The notes below the pieces were generated by a model that saw nothing but the letters and a program-made list of their open reading frames with translations, did not search any database and was not told the origin of the DNA. The position numbers and the translations under genes were made by a program. 64,000 nucleotides of DNA from Paraspadella gotoi. Its lineage: Eukaryota; Animalia; Chaetognatha. This document shows, piece after piece, positions 13,864 through 28,976 of this stretch (positions are counted from its first letter, which is position 1; the number at the start of each line of letters is the position of its first letter). The stretch is from contig CM119268.1 of the NCBI GenBank assembly GCA_051294375.1, positions 17,300,502 through 17,364,501 on the forward strand, written 5' to 3'.

Positions 13864-14957
13864 CGTTTTTTACTTTTTTTTTCTCTTTTCCATTTTTTGT
13901 CTTTTAGCTTGTTTGATTGCCCGGTTTAAAAAAAAATTTCTAGAATCTTTTTTGTGATTAATTTTGCTTGTGCGGAAGCGGAACTCACTCTTCCCTTCGT
14001 GAAAGTAGAAAGTGAGAATAAAGAATGAATTTGACAAAGGAGAGAGAATATGAGAGAAAGGGAGAGAGAGAGAGAAAAATAGCGAAAGATTGAAAGTGAA
14101 AATAGAAGGAAAAGGAAGGTAGGAGAATGAAATTGAAAGGAAACAACCTTAGGGAAAGAAGGAAAACCAAGTGAGAGAAAATATAGAGAAACATAGAATA
14201 GACTTAAAGGAATTACATCCGGGGGGAAAGAAATCAAACAGTATGCGAAAGAAAGGAAAAGAAACAAAAAAAGAAAAAAAAAGGTGGGGGGAGTGAGGAG
14301 CATCAAGGTAATGATTAAAAGACTGTGATGAATGACGAGCGACTTAAGTGAGGTAAGGTCTTTTCTAATTCGGAGAGGAAAGGTCTTCTCGGGGGGGAGG
14401 GTGCAAGAAGGGGTGAGGCGAGGGGGAACGGATGATGATTAAGAATTCGAACAAAATTCGAAAGGAGACTTTTTTTAGTCCCCGCGCAATCTCGTCGCGA
14501 CGTGAATATTCTTAGGTTGAATCATAGTTTTTATTAAACCGAGGGAGAGTTGACCTAAGAAGGGTTGGGCATTGATAGAGAATGAGTGATATTAATACAT
14601 AATGAAATGTTAGGTAAGAACATATCTCGATTTGCGGTATAAAACGTGGAAGCCTCCACTGGAGCTTCAAATGGTCTAATGTTTTAAGGGGAAAAGGCCG
14701 CGACTACTAATTGGAAATTAGCCAGAGCACTAGATTTTATTCAAATTCCGAATCGGGTCTGTGAATTGAGGTAATTTTCATGTTTTGTGTCGCTGCGAAT
14801 TACTCTCGAAGATTTGAAATTGTTTATTTAATTTTTTTTTAAACTGAGAAAATATTTTTATATGACTTTTCATAAATAGGACCCAAGTGCTCATAAATAA
14901 TATCAAGGTTTCACAACCGCCTTGGTTCATTTATAAATATAAATTCTGATTTCTCTC

Positions 14958-15039
<82 letters not shown>

Positions 15040-15195
15040 GCCTTTCAACAGATTTCTAACCGAAATCCATATATCATAATATTTTTGAAGCGATGTTTTT
15101 CCAGGAGATTTGTGCGTTCCGGGCCAAGATCATAGACCTATAGATGGATTGAGGAACAGACGAATGGATGGTTTGATTGATTTGAGTCAGTTAGA

Positions 15196-15305
<110 letters not shown>

Positions 15306-15321
15306 AGAGGGAGGACGGAGA

Positions 15322-15364
<43 letters not shown>

Positions 15365-16246
15365 AATTAGGGGACAGATGATGAAAGCTGGAAGACGAAA
15401 ATAATAAAGTTTAATACGTGATCTATTTTTAAATTGATTTTACCATAAAGTAGTTAAGTATAATAACGGTCAAAGCCAAATATAGTATCCTACACGTTTT
15501 CTAAAACATGGCCATCATTTTTTTGTTAGTCACGCATGAAATCTATTTTATAACTTTAATATCATTGTCGACCCTGTGGTAATAAATATTGTATTAAAGG
15601 CCAGATCGGCCGCCACCGCCACCGCCGCCGGCATCGCCCGTCTCCTTCGCCCAGTTCCGCGTTCGACGCCTTATTACCATTTTATGGCCACTTTACTGCC
15701 TTCCGTCGCCGGGAAGACGTTCGCTTCATTTTTCCCATTTTCGGTCTCTTTTTTTGACATTTTTTTTTTACCATCGCCTGTTTATCATTTTTTTTTGTCG
15801 ACTCGTAAAAAACTGACAACGATTCTTGAATTAATAAAAAAAATGGAGATATAAGCATGATGTGGTTTTGGAAACTTCGCTAAATTTTATGTTATTGTTT
15901 GTGAGCTATCAATAATTCGTCAATGATTTTAAACTAATATTTTTTTAAAACTAAAAAATCAAAACTTCCTCAACTTTCTCCAATCTGAAATCCGCTCCTA
16001 ATTGCCTGTTGTGATGTCAGTATTCTTAAACAATAACAACAAAACCAACCGTATTATCATAAGAACAACCAAAACAACAACATACTTTATACTTAATCGG
16101 GAACAACAAAAACCACATAATCAGCACATGAGAGACCAGTGGCTTAATAATAACGACGGCGACGACGACTAAAAAGATAACGATAACGACGACAACGACT
16201 ACGCCGGCGACTAAGACAACAACTACGCCGGCGACGACGAAGACGC

Positions 16247-16278
<32 letters not shown>

Positions 16279-16756
16279 CCGGCGACGACAAGGTAGATTA
16301 AGAAACAGGGGGGGGGAACTGGGAAACCTGGAAGGAAGAAAGGAAGTCGAGGGTCGTTGCGGCGTCGTAGCTGCTGCTGTTTCTAATGTTGCTGCTGCTG
16401 CCGCTGCACATTCACGGCGATTAGCGTCTGCCTGGAAATTATCCCATTTGACTCGCGTCGAATGAATTGGCGAAGACGAGACGACGTTTAGCGCGAGAAT
16501 CGAACAGACGTCGGGATTCCAAAGACGACGACAACAACAACGACGACGACAACAAAAACTGGGAGACGCCGCTCGTTGGTGAGAGGGATATAACTTATCT
16601 GTTACTAAAACATAACTAAACGTTTTAACATGAATCACAGTATGACATTATTAATATAAGTTGAAAAAAAAAGTTGAAACAAAATAAAACTAAGACGAAA
16701 TATCAAACGATCTGACGAAAAAAAATATTAAGTGGATATAAAGAAGCGGATATAAA

Positions 16757-16852
16757 GGAGCGGACGTAGGAACGGGCGTCGAAGCGAGCGTTGGAGCGGG
16801 CATAAGATCGGGCGTAGGAGCGGGCGTTGAAGCGAGCGTTGGAGCGGGCATA
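16757..16852 (+). repeat. 12-bp-subunit / 48-bp higher-order GAGCGGGCGT-type tandem repeat
   Basis: GAAGCGAGCGTTGGAGCGGGCATA occurs twice, 48 bp apart, and is built from related 12-mers. Confidence 0.7.
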
Positions 16853-18242
16853 GAATTGGAGCAGGTGGAAGTGAGGAGAGTGAATGGGAAATGAAGCGAA
16901 AACTCAGATGTCGTTTAAGTAAAGAAATTATCTCTGTCATCCCCGTTATTTTCCGCGAGAAAAGTCATTCAATTTCTTTTGAGTCTCGTTGATTATTGGC
17001 CGTTGGCGCATTTCTGTTTCTTGTTGGCTGTTGCTGACATTGCTACGATATTTCTTTGTTCGATTCGAGAACGAGCTGCGTTTTGATGAGATTTCTCGTG
17101 AGTTGGGCGTAAGAGTAAAGAAGAGGGCCTGATTGCAAAGATAGCTATTCGAATTCATTTTTTAAACTCATTAATTTAGTCATTCGTTTATTCGCTCGTT
17201 CGTTCATTCATTCATTCTTTTATTCATTCGTTCATTCATTCATTCATTCATTCATTCTTTTATTCATTCANNNNNNNNNNNNNNNNNNNNNNCATTCATT
17301 CATTCATTCATTCATTCATTCATTCATTAAAATCAGTTTCTATTTGCGGTCAATTTATAGTTCAAGCTAAACACCACTTTAGTCCATTTCGGCATTTTCT
17401 CCCTCCTTTTTGGCGATCAACAAAACCTTTACGTCACGCGCGAAAGCCTTCTGTCGCGCCGCCTGTTTTCCAAACTCTCCCAATCTGATTGTTATTGATT
17501 GCGCGAACTCGCTGGGTCCATTCCCCCTCCTCGCCCCATGGTCCGGCGCCATAAATTCGTCCCATAAATTCGAACCAAAAAAATGTTTCAAAATTCAAAA
17601 TCACCAACTTTCCGAGCAACTTCGTAGAATTTAATGCGATCGTCTTCACAGACTGTTCAGCCGTTGGTCTGACTGATAATAAAATTGATTTCTCATATTA
17701 AAAGTAATCACTAAAAATGCTAACTTAGTATGTCACAAAGCTCCAAAAAAATGTTTTGCATCAATCATTCTTATTTTTTCTTTCGAATGTTTTTCCCCGA
17801 GCTCTGGAGTTTCCCGCGGCCATCTTTCCTACGGATTTTCTTTCCCTTTTTCCTTTTTCTACCTTTCTTTCCCTTTTTCCATAAAATTCAAATCCATGCG
17901 ACATCGCTCACTCCATTCTCTTTTCTTTCCTTACAAATCCGCTTTTCCGAAAATCCTTTCTTTTTCTCACCTCATTATCCTATTATTGCGTCTTCCTCCG
18001 CAAAAATTCCCTTTTCTCTCTTTTTCTTCCCTATTATTTATTTCTTGCTTTAGTTTTTTTTTATTTCCATTCTTTCTTCATCATTTCTTTCTTGCTTTCT
18101 TTTTGCTTTGCTTTATTTCTGTTTTTCTTTCTTACTTTCGATTTTTCTTTCAATCTTTCCTTCTTTCTTTCTTTTTTTTCTATCATTCTTTCTTTTTTTC
18201 TTTCTTTCTTTCTTTCTTTCTTTCTTTTTTTCTTTCTTTCCT

Positions 18243-18321
<79 letters not shown>

Positions 18322-19065
18322 CTCTCTCTCTCTCCCAAAAAAGAAGAGAACGATCGTCGACGACAGAAAAGTCATTTTCCATTTATGAGAGTAAAAACAG
18401 TTCGAGGCCCTGACTAAAGCGACTGCAGAACCTCCACCTAATCTCTCTTCTTCCTTATCTCCTTCCCCATCTCTTTCCCCCTCTCCTTCACCATCTCTTT
18501 CCCCATCTCTATCCCCGTCTCCTTCACCATCTCTTTCTCAATTTCTTTCCTCATCTCTTCCCGATCTCCTTCGATTTCCTGGTGGCCAATGACCTCCTAA
18601 GCAACGTCGAATTTCGCCCGTCCATGAATGTCTGCTGACGACGACGATGAAGACGACGACGATGAAGACGACGTCGACGACGACGATAATGGAGATTTTT
18701 TTTCCCCTCTGGCAAAATAGCAGGAAGTTGCGTCGGGTCCGGACGAATCTTAATCAGTTTAAATATACGATAATGGTTATTGTTGTTATCGTAATAAAAT
18801 CGTTTTAGGGTTTGTTTACGATGACTTAGACGAATATTTTACCGATTTTACTACAGTATCATCTCAATTTCGATTTTCGTTTTGTTAGTTAAATTGACTC
18901 AAAATTTAAAATAAAGTATTAAAACTGCGTGATATTTCAGTCTCATGTTCAGCTGGCAAACAATACAAATAGTGAGGAAACAATAAAAGGCTGTTTTGTT
19001 TGGACGAATACGGAATAACACGGTTAAAAATTCACTATTAATTCTTACGCGGGAAGTTAAAGCGT

Positions 19066-19187
19066 TATGGTGGACTAAAATCAACCAACCGTTCATCAGC
19101 GGCCATTGGTGCCCGAGGAGAGTCATTCGCCTTTCAACCCAAAGGTCCGAGGTTCTAGCCCTGTGGCCGCCGAGCAGTTAAGAGGGA
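19066..19187 (+). mobile_element. Third, 3'-truncated copy of the same repeat with the best-preserved tRNA-like head
   Basis: GCGGCCA(19099-19105)...TGGCCGC(19164-19170) forms a 7-bp acceptor-like stem spanning exactly 72 nt, with B-box-like GGTTCTAGCC. Similarity ends after AGCAGTTAAGAGGGA. Confidence 0.8.
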
Positions 19188-19624
19188 ATTGGAACTCCGA
19201 TATGGGCAGTCGGACGTTGAACCTTTTCTCACGGACGCCACGAGTGCCAACATAATATTAAATGAATAAATAACTTAATTTCCTTCATTCTCATATTCAT
19301 TTCTTCCGAGAAAAACGGCGAGCGAGAGAGAGTATTATATGGGAATGATAACCATTTTTGCTTAATTCATCCACAATTCAAAATGACTTTTTTAGTATTT
19401 CAAATAAATAAGTGATATATGTATAGTTTGGCTCTCCGGGTAGTAGGGGTCCACACTTGACTTATTTTTCAAGATTTTAAATCAATTAACGCGAACATTT
19501 GTCTTAAAAATACTAATGCAACGATGCAAAATAAAGAATTTTTTTTATAATAATCACCACAATTATCGCTGAATCACCACTGAATTATCAACGAATTTTC
19601 ACTGGTAGAAAATCTGAATAATAA

Positions 19625-19659
<35 letters not shown>

Positions 19660-19820
19660 GTCTCGGTCGTCGTGACTACCGTCACGATCCTGCTTTCTGG
19701 TCGTCGCACGTGATCGTTGTCGTCGTCGTCGTCGTCGTCGTCGTCAGCGTCGCGCGTAGTCGTTCTCTCCGCTCCTGTTTCCGTTTGCGCGTCTTCAGAC
19801 TCCGTCGCGATGCCTTTTAA

Positions 19821-19887
<67 letters not shown>

Positions 19888-20071
19888 TTTTTAATGCACC
19901 CACACAAAGGTAATTTTAAGATACTTTTCCGCTTGGCTGCTGCGTAACTTTATTTTTTATTTAATCCCATGATTGTTTTCTAATTTCGATTTGAATTTTA
20001 ATTCAATTTGCTAGTTTTTAAAATTATCAAACATAGATTTATACTGCGATGATTAAAAATAAATAAAAAAA

Positions 20072-20162
<91 letters not shown>

Positions 20163-20927
20163 ATGAATGAATGAATGAATGAATGAATGAATGAATGAAT
20201 GAATGGCGAACCGATTTTAAGATTTCGTGGATTTTCGACTTTTACCTTTAATCGAAACCATAAAAGGATAAAAAAACTAAAAATTGTCGATTAATAAAAT
20301 ACGACTAATATAAAAACAAAAATTAAAGTGCAAACTTGAAGCGACGCGAGATAGGCGGGCAGAGGAAGGAGCAGGGCGTTAACCTGGAAGCCCTTTTTCA
20401 AAATATAACATTGCGCGACGTCGTTCCGACTTTTCAATTTGCAAACAAAGGATGAAAAAGGCGAGGAAAGTCACTACACTTACTTAAGGAGGCCTTTTAT
20501 GACCTTTTCCTCGTCGGCGATACTCGTCGTCAGTGCGGTCGTTTCTTACGTCGTCGTCGTTGTCGTCGTCGTCCTCTTTGTTGTTGCTGTTGCTTTTTTT
20601 TTTTGTTGTTGTTGGTTGTTTTTCACCTCGTTTTAGTTTTACTTACTGTCATCCTTTCGACCTCGGGGAAAAGATAGAGGGATTTCTCGCAGCTGATGTG
20701 CAGTCGTTGTTTTTGCGTTGATTCGTTTCCCTTTTGTTTTTTTTATCCTGTTGATGTTTTCCTCGAGGAAATAAAAGGCTCCAAAGTGCTACAAACGGCC
20801 GTTACTTCCTCAGAACAGAAGAGTCTTCAACTCCGTTTGCATTGAGCGCATCAAACTTTTGAAACTGGTTGTTTTGAAATTGTATTTTCTAACTTTAATT
20901 GTCGTTCAAAGACCGCGATGGGTGAGA

Positions 20928-21029
<102 letters not shown>

Positions 21030-22163
21030 AGAGAAGAGAGAGTGTGTGTGTGTGTGTATGCGGAGGCAGTGAAATATACTAATGAAGAAGAAAGAAGAAA
21101 CAAGATCGGTTCATCCAATGTATTGAGCAGTTTGCGCCGTTTTCACGTTTAGTTCCCGTGTATTTATGATACGCAATGCATCGGAATTCCGTCTTTTATT
21201 CTTTATAGTTTTAGGATTTCCTAATGGCGGCGCTTGCAGTTTCTTAGATTTGAGTTATTTTCATGTCTTAACAAAGGAGCAACTAACTATAGGCGAGGTA
21301 TGAGCATTTTTAACATAAGTGGGACAGACAGACGGACAGACATAACGTCCGACTTATAAATATAAAAATAACAAACGCTCGAAAAATAAAACTCATTTTT
21401 AAGTATACCAAAGCCGCCAAATTTTTGTTTTCCCTTAAATTCCATTGGTGCATACTTCATTTGTTTTCGTGCAAATTGGTATCCTATTCCATTTTAGATG
21501 ATTTATGATGACTAAGACTGTCAAAAATGTTGAAAACGAATATTTCGTGCTTGTTTGTTAAACACCGAAATTTTTAAGAATCACATATTCTTTTATTTTT
21601 ACGTAAGACGCTTAAGCTACTGCAGAGGATGCCACTTAAGCTGCTGCAGAAGCTGCTGAAGAGGCTGCCGCTGAGCTAGCCGTCGTTCCCACATCACTGG
21701 AGAGCCCAGTTTTTACTCCCTTTTGGAGAGCGGCGGCGGCGGATCGAAGATCCCTCGTATCATTGACGATCGGCCGTTGAGGCGTTTCTCATCTGATTCC
21801 TTATGCATTGGATTTTCCTTCCTCTTTTGCCAGAGACAAGGAAGGCACCGGATTCCAGAAAAGTTCTTTTTCTCTCAAGATTAAACAGGGTGTTGTTGTA
21901 ATTTTTTAAACTTATTTGTTGCTTTATTTTAAATACTAAATATCAACTGAATATTATTATAAATTTCTATATTCATTGTTCACAAAAATGATTAAATTTA
22001 AAAAAAGATAAACAATATACCAAATATTTTAAAACTTGTTAGATTTGATAAAAAAAAACATCAAAATTCAAAAGAAATTCGGTTGAAAAAAAAAAGGTTT
22101 TCCAGCATTCAATCTGTAGCGGACTTCTCCCTGATGAAAATCAGACAAAGCTTAAACACATTC

Positions 22164-22195
<32 letters not shown>

Positions 22196-22384
22196 CCAAC
22201 TATGTCTTTTAGAGATCCGGTTAATCGCGACTAAAAAAAAAAGATGATTATCCCTTTTTTGCTTGGGTTGAAATACCCTGTAGAGGCGCGGCCTCTTCCC
22301 AACAGACGTCGTTTAAGGGTCATCTCAACGGGATTGAGACGAGGAAGGGGGAAGAAGGCAGTTAGGGCTAATGAAAGGCGGGAA

Positions 22385-22464
<80 letters not shown>

Positions 22465-22903
22465 CATGATCATGAAGATGATGATGATCATGATGATGAT
22501 AATGATGGTGATGATGATTACGATGAACATTACTGAGAGGAGAAAGATAATTACGACGATGATTACGATATTGATGATGATAAAAGCATAAAACTTAATA
22601 AATTCCCAAAGTCAATTAATTATCATCCTCTAATATATATAAGAAATATATAAATGAAAAGACTTTTTTTTTGCTCCAGCGTCGTTTGTTCATTTGTTTT
22701 TCACGGTGAACGACACAAGTTCCGAGTCGATCTTTTTAATTTTAGTCGCGTTCTCTATTATTATCCTCTTCTTCTTCTCGCCATTTTTTTCTTTCTCTCT
22801 TCTTATTATCTTCTTCTTTTGCTTCTTTTGAACTATCTCCTTCCTCCTCTCATGCATTTTTAGTTTTCTCTCTCTCTCTCCTTTCCGTTCATCATTCGCT
22901 TTT

Positions 22904-23025
<122 letters not shown>

Positions 23026-25128
23026 ATTTTTTGCGTATTCGACGTTGACGACGGCGACGACGACGACGCCGACGTCAAATAAACACTCGTTCGTCGAATC
23101 TGAAAAAATCGGAAAAAAGCTAAAACGAAAAATAAAAATGGCCGCCAATATTTGATTATAGTAATATGTATATAAATATATAATACTTTTTTAAGGCATC
23201 TAAATTATCTTCCCCTTTTCCTCTTTCGCAGGTTAAAAAACTGTTCGACACACGCGAAGGTCTAAAAACAGTTTTTCTTGTTATTTTTTCTTTTATTTTT
23301 CTTCTTTTTTTTTCTTGTCTTAAAATCTCCCTTTTGTTTTTTCTTCTTTCGTCGCGTCTCTTTTTCTTCGGCTTCTTTCGCCGCCTGGAGACGCCCATGA
23401 CGACGCCGAGAGAAGCTTCGAAAATCGTGATTCTAGGAAACAAATGAAAATAAAAAAAAAACATAAACAAATAAAAAAAGAAAAGAAGGACGAAAATTTA
23501 AATACGACATCGTCGACTTTTCTTTTTTTTTTTACTTTTCTAAAAATGGCACCAAATTAAAAAAAAAAAATAACTTTCCGACACTATGATTTTACTTAAT
23601 CCAAAGTACAATGAATAAAAAAATAAACTAAATTTCTACCCTATATTTTCCTATTGAAATTTTTTTTTAATTTTGCACACGTTGAATTTCGACACAACAC
23701 AACAACAACAACAACAACAGCCTTCTAAAGTTCCTCAGTTTCCAATTTACGAAAATAAAGGAAGAAAATCTTGGTAAAAATAACAAATCCAAATCCTAAT
23801 CTAAATCCAAATATAAATCTTAATCCTAAAATAAAATCCAAATTTAACGCACAAAAAAATCAATTAAAAAAAATAGATATAGAAAAATAGCGACATTTTT
23901 GTGATCCATCAAATTAATCTGTGAATCAAGAAGATAACATCGAAATGCGGTGAAACGAAATGAATCCATATCAAGCTTCGATCACCCAACATGAAACGAC
24001 GACCGTCCATTCGGAGAATCTCCAAGACAATCCCTACAATAGCAACAGCAACTACAGCAACTACAGCAACGTCAAACTCAGTCTCCGTTCGCTGGAAGAA
24101 AAAACCGTTTGAAAATTCCGCGTGGATTCGATTTCTTTCGACGGAAATCATCGCGTTTTCCTCCAAAAATAAAGAGCGTCGTAACAAAAACTCTCGTGGG
24201 TCCGTGAATGAAATAAATCCTCCCAGTAGTGGAGCGGTGTATGAAATACGCAATTCTTCCCAGTAGTGGAGCGTTAAACGTTTTCCGTAACCTGACAGTG
24301 AATGAAATAAATAATCTCAGTCGTAGAGCGAAGAATTTAATCAATTTTTCCCCTAGAAAAGAAGTGAATGAAATCTTCCCGGAAGTGAAATTGTAGTTCT
24401 GCTCGCGAAGTTAAAATTTATAATAAAACGTAAATCTGAGAGTTAATATTAGGCCCAATTTTTTAAATTTTTTTTCACGAAATGTTTTTCGCGTCGTTGG
24501 GAGGAGGAGATTCGAAATATAAAAAAAAAGTCACTCGCGGGAATTTCTAAGAAAAGCTCGAATCGAGACGAAGAAGCCGAAAATAGCGACGATCACCGCA
24601 TAAACAAGCGAATAAAAAAAATAACACACATTCGGAATACTCTTGCCGCGACACCTCGTGAAGCCTGATCGTAAAGGAAAAAAAATAAATAAAAAATTGA
24701 GGGAGAGAAAAATGAAAGAAAAGAAAAAAGAAAAAGAAAAAAAAATAACCGTAGCGGAATATTTTATCTTCCCGACACGCCCGGGAGGAAAATGGGATAA
24801 ATACGCAATAAAATAAATAAATATATGAATGAATAAACGAGTGAATAAATCGTCCGGATTATAGATCGCACTAACGCGGATAGAAGCAGAAACGGGACGA
24901 CGACCTTTTTTTTTTCACTCATCGGATTTTTTCGTCGTCAAATTCGAACGAAATCGTGAAAAGAGAGAGAGAGAAAAAAATCTCAATATTCACGAATCAC
25001 GAAAAAAAAGGCGATCGGATTTAGCGAGTGAGAGAGATAGAGAGAGAAATCTCGATATATTCCCCTCACAGAATCGTCACACTCACTCGGCCGTCAAAGC
25101 GAGAGTCCGTAGAGGCGTCAAAGAGTGA

Positions 25129-25230
<102 letters not shown>

Positions 25231-25499
25231 CCGTATGATAGAAAGATCCTCCGGCTGTCAAACGGGGCGAAAGCGTCAAAAGCCGTCCCGTTTCTCTGTC
25301 GAGATCCGAAGAAAACATCAATAACAACAACAACTTCAATAACAACAATAACAACGAGGACGGGAGCCCATCTTTCGATCCCGTCATTCGAATCTCGAAT
25401 TCTTCTCTCCTCCGCATGATTCGACGACGACCCCGCGATCTGATTCCCCGCCCCCCTCTCTCCCGTTCCGCCCCCTCCAAGAAATCTCGCCCATACGCC

Positions 25500-25784
25500 C
25501 CCCTGCTCTACTCTCTCACCCCCTCACACCCCCACGATTTCACGCCCCACGCGAGTGAGTAGGGGTAAGCGAACCAAACTTCGCCCACACATTTCGGGTT
25601 TCTCTCTAAACCCTCCTCGCTCCCCTCGCACCGAATACGCGCGCACGTGATCGGCGCGTGCGACCCGAAAATGCACGCGGCTCGAGTCACGTCGTTCGCG
25701 CACCAAAGACGACAACCGACGACGGCGCAACAAAATGGCGGACAACCGGAGGCGGCGAAGAGGAAGGTGCAGCGGAGGGTGAGT
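25500..25784 (+). promoter_or_regulatory. CpG-rich promoter-like island with a probable first exon ending at a GTGAGT donor (25779)
   Basis: CpG-dense, with E-box CACGTGA (~25644) and YY1-like AAAATGGCGG (25732), whose ATG at 25735 would give MADNRRRRRGRCSG. A consensus donor GG|GTGAGT follows, then G/T-rich intron-like sequence. Confidence 0.45.
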
Positions 25785-26702
25785 TCGGACTTTGGAGGGT
25801 TGGGGGAGGTGGGTGAGTTTTAAGAATTTTGGGGCTGTGGGTTGGGGAGAGGGTCCGGATTAAGGAGGAAAGTTCGAAAAAAAAAGGATGGAGTTCGAAA
25901 AACGCGTTGAATATTTGTTGTGATGTTGTTTTTAAATGCTTGGTTGCGTGCTTGTTTTTTGTTTTGTTTTATTTTTGTTGTTGTTTTTTTATTAAAGTTT
26001 ATTTGCCGTTTCTCTCGAAATGACGTGGGTGTATGATGTGGACTACATTGTGGAGCATAAGACGATTAGAAAATAAAATTGTTCATTCAAATACGATATA
26101 TTGGCGCTGTTTTTAGAGAGTGGTTTAATGGTGGTTTAAGGCCTCCATCTCTCTTACAAATGACCAATGACCATACAAGACTCCCACACAGTCCAGTTTA
26201 TTAACTCCTTGAATACATGGCTTCCCTGTCAATGGAACAGTTTAATATTTTATGATCTATTTCAATTGTACAAAAGGATCACTCCCTCATGATATAAAGA
26301 CTGGAGTCAACCCAGAACGTCTTCTCGACGGAAAAGGCTCGAGTTCCCGTGATTCATTCGATCCGTGAAGACGACGAAAATAAAGAGGGAAGAAAAAAAA
26401 AAAGAAGGATTAATAAAGGCGCCATGTCGGGAAAAGGAGATGATGGACGGGAAAAGAGGAAGTTAGTCAACGCAGAGGGAAACGTGAACGCCGGGGGCGA
26501 CGACGACGATGAGAAAGACGATGATGACGACGACGATGAGAATGAGAGAGTCTCGCTGAAGGGCGCCGACGTGATCGACTCTATCATGGGGAAAGATGTG
26601 AGAATTTTGGAAGAGAGAGGAGAGGTAGACAAAGAGAGAACGAGAGAGGGAGAATAGAGAGAAGAGAGAGAGAGAGAGAGAGATGACAGAGAGAGCAAGG
26701 GA

Positions 26703-26748
<46 letters not shown>

Positions 26749-26882
26749 TATGACTTATGACTGTTAACGGTTGCTTCTTCCTGAATGGCGATTCTTCCAC
26801 TCCCGCCAATCGCCAGCAGCGACGCCCGTGTTTACGTCGTCAGCCAGTAAATCTTGGCGATCGGCCGCGCGTTTGTGCGAAC

Positions 26883-26953
<71 letters not shown>

Positions 26954-28374
26954 TCTCTCTCTCTCTCGTACTCTTTTATGTCTTTAGTACGTGTCAACTT
27001 TAATCCCGCGATATGATCGCTACTATATTTATTTCTAGTCAATTGTCTCTATTAAATATTTGACCGGTTTAATTAATAAAAGAATATTTTCAGTTTAAAA
27101 AAAATATGTCTTTGCTTTTTTTTTAATCATCACAAATCATTAACGCAAAAAATGTTCTTTTCCTTTGTCCTTTTTTTTGGGGGAGGGCATTATTTTTTTT
27201 ATTTCTTAACTATTAGTAGTTTTAGTATTTTATTCACTACTATTTTACATTTTAATCACATTCAAATTCAGCTTCTACCCTATTCTTTCACAAGAAGACA
27301 TAATATGTTAAAGTGTGACATTCAGAAATCTTTAGTTCACATTTACGGGAGGAGCAAATCAAACAAGTCCCGGTGAATATGAGAAATCGGTGCGAAGACA
27401 AGAACAGATTCACGTATACTTATTGAACAACCCAAATTTCTCTTTCATCAAATCGATACGATAGCGACAATACGCTGTCGATAACAACAACGACACAAAC
27501 GACAACAACGACTACGACGATGACCAAAAGTTGTGACAGCTAAACGATGACAAATTTCTTTCCTATCGACGTTTTTATCCGGTGCCACCGAGAAGCTCGG
27601 CCTCTTTAATCACGGGATTATTTTTTTAAAGCCTCTGCGCAATTTATGCCTCGTGTAACTTTTGACATTGAATGATCCAAGGTTTTTCTCGATGCGTCTC
27701 TGCGGAACTTTTCGGTTCAATGTACATATTTGCCTTAATGAACAGTCAATATGATTGCTCATGATTTTAAGTTTTCTTAAAAATTGAAAGACAGATAAGG
27801 ACAGATACTAAGTACTGTACTTTCGGCGCAATGTGACAAGACAGAGAAACTCACAGAGAAACGAACCATCAGCTCGCTTCGACTAATAAACCACATTCAA
27901 TTATTTTTGCGTAGGTTTTTATTGACTCATAAAAAATCTTATATCTCAGCCTGGCGGTTTTTTTTCTCTTTTTTTTATCGAGGCTTCAGATTGCGGTGAA
28001 ACACGGAGATTCGAAAACCTACAAAATCCGGCTAGTGATTAGGTGCGTGATTAGATACGTATTCTTCAGATCATGAGAAATCCCTCACAAAATAACAAAT
28101 CGTAACTAAACAAAGAGATAATCGAAATAAATAATCGAAATAATAATAATAAATAATAATAAAATATAAATATAATATAAAAATAAATAATAATAATCGA
28201 AATAAACGGGTAGTTATAGACAACTGACAAGCTAAAGTCTAAAACGGTATAAGAATAGGAATAGAAAGAATAAATATAGCAAAAAGAGAAACTCACTGCA
28301 CCGAATAATACGACAAAAAATGAGTGAGACTGAAAATGACTGAAAGACGAAAGGCGGAGCGGAAATGGTGTGGA

Positions 28375-28465
<91 letters not shown>

Positions 28466-28877
28466 CCTTCGCTCCATTTCGGATAAAAAGGTCATAGGAA
28501 GACGACCAACCAAAACTGCAAAGACGTCTTAAGGTTTGGAAGGGTGCCATGGGGAGGCCAAAGGTTCGTAGAGAGTTGGAAGATGGCGGCAAACGTCGCG
28601 GTTGTTAAATCGTACTCGATTTTTGTCAATATTTCATTTCTCGATTAGAATGACTGAGTCAACGAACTTGTCATGATGGCGTCGTCTTATTCCCTGTCAT
28701 GTGAAGACGTGATGTGACGAGTCGATAAGACGAAGAACTTCATGGGCATTAGTAGGGCATTTTGTGAGGCCAAGGTCGTCGTTTCAACGCTGTCACCATG
28801 GCGACGGAAAATGACGCCGAGGGCGTTAATGACACCGGCTTTGATTTGCTCGACAAATTGATTAATTTTTTTTTTAA

Positions 28878-28915
<38 letters not shown>

Positions 28916-28923
28916 TATCTATC

Positions 28924-28976
<53 letters not shown>

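Noticed and set aside
13926-14330. Purine-rich stretch with a 126-aa hydrophobic minus-strand ORF
   Set aside because: Low-complexity F/L/S composition from an A/G-rich tract, with no recognisable motifs.
19099-19170. Functional tRNA gene
   Set aside because: The D-arm and anticodon stem pair poorly, the T-loop is GTTCTAG, the anticodon varies between copies and there is no poly-T terminator. Treated as a SINE head.
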